Shown: piece by piece, positions 38,501-47,300 of the stretch
Layout: each line of letters opens with the position of its first letter
Numbering within the stretch: the first letter of the stretch is position 1
Source: Candidatus Aminicenantes bacterium
GTDB taxonomy: Bacteria; Acidobacteriota; Aminicenantia; UBA2199
Assembly: GCA_011772425.1 (NCBI GenBank)
Contig: WVZO01000485.1
Coordinates: 40,514-104,513 of the forward strand
Direction: 5' to 3'
DNA length: 64,000 nt
Notes under the pieces: generated by a model
What the model was told of the DNA's origin: nothing
Database searches by the model: none
Seen by the model: only the letters and a program-made list of their open reading frames with translations
Position numbers and translations under genes: made by a program

Positions 38501-41500
38501 TTGGATGAGATAAAAAATCATTTGGAAAAGTACCATCAAGTAAAAGAGGCTGTGGTATTGGTGAAGGAGGATGATACCAGGGGCAAACATCTGATCGCTT
38601 ATATTGTTCCATCCACGGATGAACCAATATTATTAACTGAATTGACGAAATTTTTATCTTTTCAACTGCCGGCTTATATGATACCCAGTTATTTTGTACC
38701 TTTAAAACAATTCCCGTTGACTGCAAACGGCAAAATAGATCGTAAAGCATTACCAGACCCGGGTGGTATAAGTTTAGACAGCGGTGTTGAATATATTGCC
38801 CCGGAAAATGAGGTGGAAATGCAACTAGTCGAAATCATGAGTAGGGTATTGGGGCGACCTAAAATTGGAATTCATGAGGATTTCTTTATGATTGGAGGCG
38901 ATTCCATCAAAGCTATCCAGGTGGCAGCGCGAATGAATGAGGCAGGATTTATGCTTAAAGTGAAAGACATTTTCCAGAATCCCCAAATATCGCTGTTAGC
39001 GTCTTTAGTAAAGGTTACAGAGCGAATTGGGGAGCAGACGGAAATCACCGGAACGTTTCCGTTAACTCCATTCCAGAAATGGTTTCTTAAAAATAAGGCA
39101 GCAGGCAGCTGTGTTTTTTCTCAAGGAGTGGTTCTCTATTCAAAAAAAGGGTTTGATGACGGTGCTGTTGAAGCAGTATTTAAAAAGATTCAGGCGCATC
39201 ATGATGTGCTGCGGATAACATTTAACCAGTTGGAAGACGGCGAGATCCTTCAAACCAACCATGGGTTGGAATATCCTCTCTCCTTGCAGGTTTTTGATTT
39301 AAAGAAACAGGAGAATGCCTTAAAAACTGTTGAAACAAAATCCCGGGAGATCCAGGCGGGCATTGACCTGGAAAATGGCCCGTTAATGAAAATCGGACTG
39401 TTTCACCAGGACGATGGAGACCGTTTATTAATCGCGGCCCACCCCCTGGTGATCGACGATATCTCGTGGGGCATTCTTCTTGAAGATATCGACCGCTTAT
39501 TTCAACAATATAGAAATGGAGAACTCTTTAAATTGCCTTCTAAGGCCCATTCCTTTAAGCTCTGGTCGGAGAAATTGTCCTGTTATGCTGAGAGCGAAAC
39601 CATCTCAAAGGAGAAAACCCACTGGGCGGCGTTGGAATCGGTTGAGGTACCAGAAATAGCAGGAGATAAAAAAGGGATAAATCTCTTCATTGAAGATACA
39701 GCTTCCATGTCATTTCATTTAAATGAAAATGAAACCCTTCGCTTGTTAACAAAGACAAATGAACCGTTTGGCACTGAAACCGCTGATATATTATTAATCG
39801 CCTTGGCTCTGGCAATGAACAAAACCTTTGGCCATACACAGGTAGCTGTTACCCTGGAAAGTGATGGAAGACCCGATATCTTTGAAGGTATAAATATAAG
39901 CCGGACACTGGGATGCTTTAGAACGTTGTATCCCGTATTAATGAATGTATCCTTTGAAGATGATCTGGTCCGGCAGATTAAAGAAATTAAAGAATGTTTG
40001 CATCAGGTTCCCAATAAAGGGATCGGTTATGGAATTTTGAGATATTTAGCCCCGGCAAAGCAAGGCGACCAACCTGATGCCATTGATTTCAGGTTAAATC
40101 CCCAAAGTTATTTTAAATACCGCGGAGAACGGGATGATCGTGTGAGTGTAAATGAACATCCAGGGTCCTTTACAATTGCAAAGGAACTCGCAGCCCTCCC
40201 CTTTGATTTAGGCTGGCCAGGGGAGTTTGACCTGGAGTTCCAGGGGATGATTGTGGATAAACGGTTGGTTATGTCTCTTTATTTTAACAAAAAATACAAA
40301 AAAGAAACCATTGAAACACTGCTAAATAATTATAAAACTCAACTGATTCGTATTATAACTTTTTGTGGAGGTCGGAAAGAACGAGTGCTTACCCCTTCGG
40401 ATTTAACCTACAAAGGATTGTCCATCGAGAGTCTAGACCGGTTAACCCAGCAGTACCAAATAGAAGATATCTATAAATTATCTCCACTTCAGGAAGGGAT
40501 GCTATTTCATTCTATCTATGAAAAAGAGAAAGTGGAAACAAAAAGGGTTCCTTATTTTTTGCAGACCTTCTTTCGCATAAAGATTAAGTTGGATCTGGCA
40601 TTGGTTAAGAAAAGTTTAAGTGAATTAATTAAACGTCACGATATACTGCGAACGGTTTTTATTTATAGGGAATTGGGGTATCCACTCCAGGTAGTTTTGA
40701 AAGACCAGCCCCTGAATTTCTACTACAAAGATATAAGCGGAATGAATGAAGAAAAGGAAAAAGAGGAATTTACAAGAAAATTCAAAGAAAAGGACAGATA
40801 CCTGGGATTTGATCTGGGCAAAGACAGTTTAATGCGGGTGGCAGTTATTCAATTGGAAGAGTCAGAATATGAATTTGTCTGGAGTATTCATCACATATTG
40901 ATGGATGGGTGGTGCGTTTCGATATTAATCTTTGAATATTTTGAAATTTATAGCAGTCTCTTTGAAGGTAAATCGCCTCAATTACCGGCTGTTACGCCCT
41001 ATAAAAAGTATATTGAATGGTTAGAAATACAAAATAGAAAGAAAGCCATAGATTATTGGCTAAAATACCTCGCTAACTATAAAGAACTCACGGGGCTTCC
41101 TAAAAAAGATGCGTTCCAGGTCAGTAAGAACGAATATAAATATGAACAAGAATTTTTGATACTAGATAATGAAATGACAAATGGGTTGAATCAACTTGCA
41201 GGAAAGAATCAGGTTACACTAAATACCATATTGCAGGCGGTTTGGGGAATTGTTTTAGGTGGATTTGTCGGGAAACAAGATGCGGTATTCGGCACGGTAG
41301 TATCCGGTCGCCCTTCTCAATTGAAGGGGGTGGAATCAATGGTGGGGCTATTTATAAATACAATCCCAGTTCGAATTCGCTTTGAAGAAAAAACGAAATT
41401 TATAAATCTGGCAAAAAAGATCCAGGAAGAAGCAGTCGAATGTCAACCTTACCACTATTATTCATTAGCTGAGATTCAAGCTCAATGTGCATTGAAACAG

Positions 41501-41884
41501 GGTTTGCTGGATCATATTTTCGTATTTGAGAACCTGCCCGGTGTGGAGCACATCGCTAGTAAGATGGGCTTGAATAATAGTAAAGATGAAATTACATTGG
41601 ATTTCTCCAATGTAAATACCTATGATCCATCCAATTATGATCTGAATGTGATCATCCTCCCCCGGGATCAATTAACCATACTTTTGAATTATAATGGGAA
41701 TGTGTATGAAAGAGAAGTGATGGAAAGAACAGCAGATTGCTTCAACCGGGTTATCGAGCAGATACTGAAAAACAGAGACATTTATATCGGTGAAGTCGAT
41801 CTTTTGTCTGAAGCTGAAAAAGAAGAAATTCTTGCCAGAAAAGAAGAAGATGGAGAAGGAATTCAGATAGATTTTGATATTTAA
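34229..41884 (+). CDS. g7 NRPS, C* (His motif lost) / A interrupted by an rSAM+B12-like cassette / T / E* (decayed) / C / tail
   Basis: 2551-aa ORF. Full-length C-like domain with MHQITAD (HQITAD at 34655-34672). A2 core LKAGGAYLPIDP at 35840-35875. CPYKCAYC at 36158-36181. A3 core LAYVIYTSGTTGKPKG at 37709-37756. T: GGDS at 38894-38905. E-like domain with HPLVIDD at 39440-39460 and FKYRGE in place of FNYLGQ. C: SPLQEGMLFH and HHILMDGW at 40889-40912. Ends ..EDGEGIQIDFDI. Confidence 0.95.
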   Translation: MNIEGKLKNDFGPSEKKDYYELSSAQKRFYILHQMEPQCTKYNISTLSVLEGELDLELLENIFQRLINRHESLRTSFILVEGKPVQKIYKHVEFKIEYDEADRPEEAILKDFVRPFDLSRPPLLRVRLSKINEKKHLLIFDMHQITADAASQVLLKKELMALYAGKELESSSIQYKDYAEWQKHIKQEDWLKSQEEYWLNMIAGKISVLNLPTDYLRPAIQSFEGDSSGFEISSEETTALKTLALEQETTLYVVFLAIFNVFLSIVSNQETIRVGTPVSGRIDKDIENVLGVLENKLVLVNDPVGEKTFIEFLGEVKKKTLEVFTNQDYPYEDLVDKVAADTDMSRNPLFDIMYEFMESDYEIPEMEISSLKLRRYKYGNEIGTTGLDLTLRGFEEGDRLFFTFEFCTKVYKEETIKRFIAYFKRIVSSIITEPLQKIGAIEILSEAEKNQLLCGFNDTSSHYPRDKTIHELFEEQADRAPDKVAVVMNNEFIKYRELNMRANRVARMLRKKGVGANSIVAMMLEPSINTIIGIFGVLKAGGAYLPIDPDYPKDRITFLLNDSTAKILLTDTKSIKKYPFTVLQGLNITNDSIQVKVTGTRSQIKDLDHLPIPNRSLVDYEKYNQYIGQAMVKHCISVQSTRGCPYKCAYCHKIWPKTHVWRSAESIFAEIKLYYDMGVRRFAFIDDIFNLNIKNSSRVLNLIIENGLDIQIFFPNGVRGDILTKEYIDLLVQAGTVDLAFALETASPRLQKLIRKNLNLEKFRENLEYVCQKYPHVIVELFTMHGYPSETKEEARMTLDFIKSIKWLHFPYVFVLMIYPNTDMEKLALENGVSREAILASQDKPFHELPETLPFDKSFTLKYQTEFTSEYFLSKERLVQVLPYQLKILTESEVIQKYNSYLPIDINCLDDLLEFAGITYEELGVKGLLNEDYMEVPDLNNKMRNAFASSSVRPSKGALRVLLLDLSQHFSRGSDQLFDLIEPPLGLMYLMTYLNHRFGSNIKGRIAKSMIDFNSYGELKLLLDEFKPEIIGIRTLTLFKDFFHETVSRIRQFGVDAPIIAGGPYATSTYQILLMDRNIDLVVLGEGEITFSEIIGKMIENDGKFLHEHTLNKIRGIAFIPKSEELSNGLGREIIFMDDLPKETLNEDGENLHHVNQPQDLAYVIYTSGTTGKPKGTLTTHSNVIRVVRNSNYIDLTENDRILQLSSYTFDGSVFDIYGALLNGALLLMVKKEDVLSPEVLAQLIKKEEITVFFVTTALFNALVDINVTCFDPVRKVLFGGERVSVKHTGRALEYLGKDRIIHVYGPTETTVYATYFFVNEIDRNLDTIPIGKPISNTTVFILDNRFKPVPIGVKGEIYIGGDGVARGYLNSPELTWEKFIPNPFTVEDRLYRTGDLARWLLDGNIEFFGRIDHQVKIRGYRVELDEIKNHLEKYHQVKEAVVLVKEDDTRGKHLIAYIVPSTDEPILLTELTKFLSFQLPAYMIPSYFVPLKQFPLTANGKIDRKALPDPGGISLDSGVEYIAPENEVEMQLVEIMSRVLGRPKIGIHEDFFMIGGDSIKAIQVAARMNEAGFMLKVKDIFQNPQISLLASLVKVTERIGEQTEITGTFPLTPFQKWFLKNKAAGSCVFSQGVVLYSKKGFDDGAVEAVFKKIQAHHDVLRITFNQLEDGEILQTNHGLEYPLSLQVFDLKKQENALKTVETKSREIQAGIDLENGPLMKIGLFHQDDGDRLLIAAHPLVIDDISWGILLEDIDRLFQQYRNGELFKLPSKAHSFKLWSEKLSCYAESETISKEKTHWAALESVEVPEIAGDKKGINLFIEDTASMSFHLNENETLRLLTKTNEPFGTETADILLIALALAMNKTFGHTQVAVTLESDGRPDIFEGINISRTLGCFRTLYPVLMNVSFEDDLVRQIKEIKECLHQVPNKGIGYGILRYLAPAKQGDQPDAIDFRLNPQSYFKYRGERDDRVSVNEHPGSFTIAKELAALPFDLGWPGEFDLEFQGMIVDKRLVMSLYFNKKYKKETIETLLNNYKTQLIRIITFCGGRKERVLTPSDLTYKGLSIESLDRLTQQYQIEDIYKLSPLQEGMLFHSIYEKEKVETKRVPYFLQTFFRIKIKLDLALVKKSLSELIKRHDILRTVFIYRELGYPLQVVLKDQPLNFYYKDISGMNEEKEKEEFTRKFKEKDRYLGFDLGKDSLMRVAVIQLEESEYEFVWSIHHILMDGWCVSILIFEYFEIYSSLFEGKSPQLPAVTPYKKYIEWLEIQNRKKAIDYWLKYLANYKELTGLPKKDAFQVSKNEYKYEQEFLILDNEMTNGLNQLAGKNQVTLNTILQAVWGIVLGGFVGKQDAVFGTVVSGRPSQLKGVESMVGLFINTIPVRIRFEEKTKFINLAKKIQEEAVECQPYHYYSLAEIQAQCALKQGLLDHIFVFENLPGVEHIASKMGLNNSKDEITLDFSNVNTYDPSNYDLNVIILPRDQLTILLNYNGNVYEREVMERTADCFNRVIEQILKNRDIYIGEVDLLSEAEKEEILARKEEDGEGIQIDFDI
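35600..38760 (+). other. g7 interrupted A domain; code DGFFLGVVYK (Ile signature)
   Basis: A1-A2 lie before the cassette and A3-A10 after it. FDGSVFD.., ..ITVFFVTTA.., ..VLFGGE.., HVYGPTETTVYAT, NGK. Confidence 0.7.
36044..37620 (+). other. Embedded cassette 1 (g7): radical SAM domain followed by a B12-binding-like Rossmann domain
   Basis: DLDHLPIPNRSLVDYEKY..VQSTRGCPYKCAYC (36158-36181) ..RRFAFIDDIFN..ALETASPRLQKLI..ELFTMHGYPSET... From ~37103: LRVLLLDLSQ..PPLGLMYLMTYL..PEIIGIRTLT..PIIAGGPYATS..DLVVLGEGEITFSEII..IRGIAFIP. Confidence 0.85.
39040..40380 (+). other. E* domain of g7, motifs decayed
   Basis: LTPFQKWFL.. is retained, but HHxxxDG reads HPLVIDD (39440-39460) and FNYLGQ reads FKYRGE (~40109-40130). 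Confidence 0.75.
41846..41881 (+). other. C-terminal tail of g7: EDGEGIQIDFDI
   Basis: Last 12 codons before the stop. Confidence 0.7.
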
Positions 41885-43571
41885 TGGAGATTTGCCTGTG
41901 AGTAACATAGTTGATTGTCTAATAATTGGGCATAATGAGATGGATTTTGTTGAATATGAGAAAAATATCCGGAAAATGGGTAAGGATTCCGGCGCTTACC
42001 GGGATTTGAATTTGAGTTTTATCTGTCATAACAATATCCCCCATCACGCTTCGGGAATTTTTAATTTATTATGTAAAAACTCCAAAACCAGTCTCAGCCA
42101 TGGAGAATCTTTCAGCGCTGCCATCGCTTACCTGGGCACCTATTTATATCGAAGAGGATTTACCTTTGATTATATTAACTCGTTCCAGGATGAGAAAGAT
42201 GTGTTAGCAGAAAAATTGAAGAAAGAAAATATTCTAACCATCGCAATTACAACGACTTTATATGTTTCGGTATTCCCTATACTGGAGATTGTGGATTTTA
42301 TAAAGAGGCGCAATCGCAGTGCCAAGATAATAGTAGGTGGTCCCTTTGTTTCTACTCAGGTTCGCAATGTAAATGCTGTGACATCGACATATCTTTTTAA
42401 CTCCATCGGGGCGGATGTTTATGTGAACAGTTCACAAGGAGAAGCCACCCTGGTAAAAATAATAGACGCCTTGAAGAATGAGCGCCCTTTGAACCGGATT
42501 TCCAATATTTATTATAAAACGGAAAATCGCAGTTATACTTCGACGCCTGTTATAAGAGAAAATAATCGATTATCCGAAAATATGGTGGATTGGAGTCTTT
42601 TTTCCCATCGAGTAGGGGAGTATGTGGTATTACGGACATCGATATCCTGTCCGTTTTCATGTGCCTTTTGTGGTTTCCCGGAACATGCCGGGAAATATCA
42701 AACAGCCAATGTAAAGGCAATAGAAGAGGAATTGGATTCATTGGGAACAATAGAATCGGTTAAAAGTATCTATTTTATAGATGATACGTTTAATGTTCCC
42801 ATGAATCGATTTAAAGAGATTCTAAGAATGATGATAAAAAACAAAACTAAATTCAAGTGGCACTCTAACTTTAGATGCCAATTTGCAGATAGGGAGATGG
42901 TAGATTTAATGAAAGCGAGTGGTTGTGAAGGTGTATTCCTGGGAATTGAATCGGGAAATGATCAGATTCTTAAAAATATGAACAAATCCGCCAATATAGA
43001 GAAATATCTTGAAGGGATTGCCATGTTAAAGGAAGCCGGGATCATAACCTATGGTTCTTTTATCATTGGATTTCCCGGTGAGACGTCTGAAACACTGCAG
43101 GATACGGTACGATTTATTGAAGAAAGTGGGGTCGATTTGTACAGGGCGCAGTTGTGGTATTGTGAACCTATTACCCCCATATGGAAAATGAGGGAAAAGT
43201 ATAAAATTACAGGTTCTAATTTTGAATGGGCACACGCCACAATGGATGCAAAAACAGCCGCAAACTTGGTGGAAGAGATGTTTCTTTCAATTAAGAATTC
43301 CCTATGGGTTCCTCAATATGGTTTTGATTTCTGTAATTTATTTCATTTGACAAACCGGGGAATCGATTGGGGCAAAATCAAAAATTTCATAAGAAGTTTT
43401 AATGAAGGAATAAAAGACAAATTAATAAATCCTTCTGTCACTGAAGTTAGTGCTGAAGTTATGAACCGGATAAAAAACGCTTTGATCCTGGATGATAGTC
43501 ATTATTCCGCTATCATGACAGATAAACCGGGAGAGGAAGATGATGATTTAATCATTGATTTTGAACTTTAA
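41874..43571 (+). CDS. g8 stand-alone B12-binding-like / radical SAM enzyme with acidic tail
   Basis: 565-aa ORF from TTG 41874, which overlaps the g7 end. The in-frame GTG 41898 has GGAGA at 41886-41890 and is an equally good start. Rossmann-like ILTIAITTT..AKIIVGGPFVS..SSQGEATLVKII. rSAM motif CPFSCAFC at 42648-42671, then ..GVFLGIESGNDQIL... Ends ..EEDDDLIIDFEL. Confidence 0.9.
   Translation: MIFNGDLPVSNIVDCLIIGHNEMDFVEYEKNIRKMGKDSGAYRDLNLSFICHNNIPHHASGIFNLLCKNSKTSLSHGESFSAAIAYLGTYLYRRGFTFDYINSFQDEKDVLAEKLKKENILTIAITTTLYVSVFPILEIVDFIKRRNRSAKIIVGGPFVSTQVRNVNAVTSTYLFNSIGADVYVNSSQGEATLVKIIDALKNERPLNRISNIYYKTENRSYTSTPVIRENNRLSENMVDWSLFSHRVGEYVVLRTSISCPFSCAFCGFPEHAGKYQTANVKAIEEELDSLGTIESVKSIYFIDDTFNVPMNRFKEILRMMIKNKTKFKWHSNFRCQFADREMVDLMKASGCEGVFLGIESGNDQILKNMNKSANIEKYLEGIAMLKEAGIITYGSFIIGFPGETSETLQDTVRFIEESGVDLYRAQLWYCEPITPIWKMREKYKITGSNFEWAHATMDAKTAANLVEEMFLSIKNSLWVPQYGFDFCNLFHLTNRGIDWGKIKNFIRSFNEGIKDKLINPSVTEVSAEVMNRIKNALILDDSHYSAIMTDKPGEEDDDLIIDFEL
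43533..43568 (+). other. C-terminal tail of g8 (free rSAM): EEDDDLIIDFEL
   Basis: Last 12 codons before the stop. The IDF-x-[IL] core matches g7. Confidence 0.7.
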
Positions 43572-43577
43572 TAAAAA

Positions 43578-43584
43578 AAGGAGG
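43578..43584 (+). promoter_or_regulatory. Shine-Dalgarno site of g9 (supports ATG 43591)
   Basis: AAGGAGG, 6 nt before ATG 43591. Confidence 0.8.
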
Positions 43585-43590
43585 AAGGAT

Positions 43591-44320
43591 ATGAATAGAA
43601 ATGTTCTTATTCCTATAGATGGGTTTGAAAATGAAAAGATATATTGGTTGAACAAATTGTCCGGAGAATTAAGTGAAGTAAAGTTAGTGGCCGATTTCCC
43701 AGGGAAGGAATGCTGCAGAACAGCAAATTATAAACTATTATTTGAAAAAGAAATAACACAACACTTAATCCGTATAAGTAAGAATAATGATTTGTCTTTT
43801 TTTGTGATTCTATTGACCTCTTTTAAGATACTGCTTTTTAAATATACCCAGCAGAATGAAATTATCGTCGCATCTCCAACTTATAGTAAAAGCAATCAGA
43901 AGTATAATCGAAATGTAGTGTTTAGAGATTTTATATACCCGGAAATGACCTTTAAGGAAATATTATTGAAAGTTAAACAAACTGTAGGGGAAGGATATAG
44001 AAACCAGTATTTTCCCATTAGACGATTAATCGATTTATTGGATGTAGGAGATACGTTATCATTATTCCGGGTCATTGTATTATTGGAGAATATTCATGAC
44101 AAAGAATCCGTGGATGAGATTACAAGGGATTTTGAGAATGATATTACCCTTTCCTTTCGAAGAACTGGCGAAGAATTGGAAGCCAATGTAATCTACAATT
44201 CAAGTTTGTTTAAGGAGGAAACGGTACAAAGGTTATTTGTTAGTTTTCAGCATGTTTTGATTCAAATATCGGGGAATACCGATATTGAAGTAAAGAACAT
44301 TGAAACGATTCCCAGGGAAG
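43591..44320 (+). other. C-half at the N-terminus of g9
   Basis: MNRNVLIPIDGFENEKIYWLNKLSGEL.. through ..IETIPREVTNEILHEFNKT, with no His motif. Confidence 0.8.
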
Positions 44321-47300
44321 TAACAAATGAAATACTTCATGAGTTCAATAAAACAGAGGTGGAATACCCTGAATATGAAACCATCCACCGGTTATTCGAA
44401 AGGCAGGTGGAGCGAACCCCTGACCATATGGCTGTAGCTTGCATGGAGCATGCAGCCTCCATCACCTATCGGCGGATGAATGAAAGGGCGAATCAACTGG
44501 CACGGGTTCTTAAAGAAAGAGCGGTTGATACGGGATGCATTGTAGGTTTAATGATGCATGATTCAACGGAGATGGCGGTGGCGATCCTGGGAGTATTGAA
44601 GGCAGGAGGCGCATATCTACCCATAGACCCGGATTATCCTCAAGAGCGGAAGGTGTATATAGCTAAAGACAGTCATTTAAATATACTGCTGGTTGGTTCT
44701 TCTCTTTCGGGCGGCATAACGGGAATCCATTCGCCGCTGTTGATTATACCGTTAACAGGCGAAACCCTGGCTGGCTTTGATACTGCGAATCTCCAACGGA
44801 CCGGCAGTGCCTCTGATATCGCTTATGTGATTTATACCTCGGGTACCATGGGCAGACCCAAAGGCGTCGTTGTGGAGCATAAAGGGCTGGTTAACTTTAC
44901 TTACTGGAGGCTTAAATTTCATGGATTCAATGAAAGAGATGTCACACTTCAACTATTTTCTCCGTGTTTTGACGGGTTTGGTTCCAATTTTTATTCCAGC
45001 CTCCTTTCGGGAGGAACTCTCCTGGTGGTATCCGCTTCCAGGAAGCAGGATTATGAATATATAAAAAAAATCGTTGAGCATAAAGGCGTAACAAATGCCA
45101 CTCTTGTGCCTGGAATGTATGAAGCTTTGCTGGACCTTGCCGAAGGGGATGAACTCGAAAGTATCCGGTTTGTGGTGCTGGCAGGGGAAAGAACCAGGGA
45201 GAATATTTTAGAGAAGGCCCTGGAGAAAAATCCCAATGTGATACATATCAATGAATATGGCCCTACGGAAACGACGGTGGGGGCGACAGCCAATGCAAAT
45301 TTGAACAGGGATGATACCGCAGTCATAGGAAAACCCATATCAAATATGCGCGTATATATACTGGACCCTTCTCTTAAGTTGGTTAATGTAGGGGTTCCCG
45401 GTGAGTTGTATATTTCCGGGGTGGGGGTTGCCAGGGGATACCTGAACAATCCGGAGCTTACATCGGAAAAGTTTATTAATAATTCCTTTTTCCCTGGTGA
45501 AAAAATGTACAAAACAGGAGATCTTGCCCGGTGGTGCCCGGATGGCAAAATCGAATTTTTAGGTAGGGTGGATTTCCAGGTAAAAATCAGGGGATTCAGG
45601 ATCGAATTGGAAGCGATTGAGAAACATTTGTTAGAATACCCTCTCATCAAAGAGGCCGTGGTAATTGCTGAGGCTCCTCCCTGGAAACAGGGACACAGCT
45701 CCTATGAAAGTAGCGATAAATTTTTATGTGCTTATATTGTTTCTGATATGGATTTTGTCACCTTTGAACCTGGCTTAAAGGAATTTTTATCCGGGGTCTT
45801 GCCGGATTATATGATTCCCTCGTATTTTGTCCCCATTGAAAAGATACCGATGACCACCACCGGGAAAGTTAATCGAAGGGCGCTGCCAGAGCCGGAAATG
45901 GCAGCGGGGAAAGAGATCGTTGTTACCCCCCCGAGGGATGAAATGGAAGAAACACTGGCCGGTGTCTGGTCCGATGTCCTTAGTATAAATAGAGAGCTTA
46001 TTGGAATTGATAACAACTTTTTTGACCTGGGAGGCCATTCGTTAAAAGCCACCATTGCGTCGGCAAAAATTCATAAAGAACTTCATGTTGATATAAAGTT
46101 GTCGGATATATTCGAATTTCGTACCATCCGTGAGCTGGCAGGATATATCAAGAAAGCTGCCTTGACGACGTATACCTCAATAGAATCGGTGGAAAAAAGG
46201 GATTACTATTTTCTCTCTTCGGCCCAGAAACGGTTGTATATTCTTCAACAGATGGAGCCGGATAATACCAGTTATAATATCCCCATTTTTCTTACCCTGG
46301 AAAAGGGTATTGATGAATTGAAACTTGAGGAGACGTTTAAACGGTTAATTGAAAGACACGAAAGTTTACGAACTTCTTTTGAAATGTTCGATGATGAACC
46401 AGTGCAAAGGGCTCATGAGTTTGTGGAGTTTAAGATGGAATATTTTGAAGCCGGCGGAGATGAAGAGGTCGAGGCGATAAGAAAAAATTTTGTAAGGTTC
46501 TTCGACTTATTTCAAGCACCGCTTCTGCGAGTAGGAGTGATACATACCCCGGTCTTCGGCCAACCCTCTCAAGAGGGGAATTCTAAAGATACCCGCATCC
46601 TCATGGTGGATATGCACCACATCATCACCGATGGGGTCTCACAGGATATATTAACGAGAGAATTGGTGAGACTGTATGAAGGCGAGGAATTATCCTGCTT
46701 ACGACTGCAGTATAAGGATTTTTCAGAGTGGCAGAATGGTGAAGAACAGAAAAAAATAATCGAATCACAGAAATCTTATTGGATGAATGCCTTTTCAGGG
46801 GAAATCCCGGTACTTAATCTTCCGGCGGATTATCCGAGGCCCCGGGTACAAAGTTTTGAAGGGTGCACCTTTCATCTTGCATTAGATGAAACAGAACTCC
46901 GGGTCTTAAAGGATATATCGAGAGAAGCGGAAACAACTCTTTTTATGTCTGTTCTATCGGTTTTTTATATATTACTATCTAAAGTCAGCGGCCAGGAAGA
47001 TATTATTGTGGGTACACCTGCAGCGGGTCGCCAGCATGCTGACCTGGAGCATATCATCGGCATGTTTGTCAACACGCTGGCATTGAGAAACAATCCTGTC
47101 GGCTCAAAAACCTTTTATGAATTTTTACATGAAGTAAAACAAAGAACATTGGAAGTCTTTGAGAACCAGGAATACCAGTTTGAAGACCTGGTGGAGAATG
47201 CGGCGGTAAACATAAACAGGGATGCCAGTCGCAATCCCTTGTTTGATGTCATGTTTGCCTGGGATAAGCAGGAAGATGGCGGTCACCAGGGGGAGGAGTT

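Noticed and set aside
43555-43590. Position 43555 as the start of g9, as given in the ORF track
   Set aside because: It overlaps the end of g8 and lacks a ribosome-binding site. ATG 43591 has AAGGAGG at ideal spacing.
45051-45650. 199-aa minus-strand ORF, together with the many other 60-135-aa minus-strand ORFs in the track (for example 17927-18307, 38382-38750 and 48415-48822)
   Set aside because: All lie antisense inside long, motif-rich NRPS/PKS reading frames. They have low-complexity, motif-free translations and no visible ribosome-binding sites. They look like shadow ORFs of the + strand genes.
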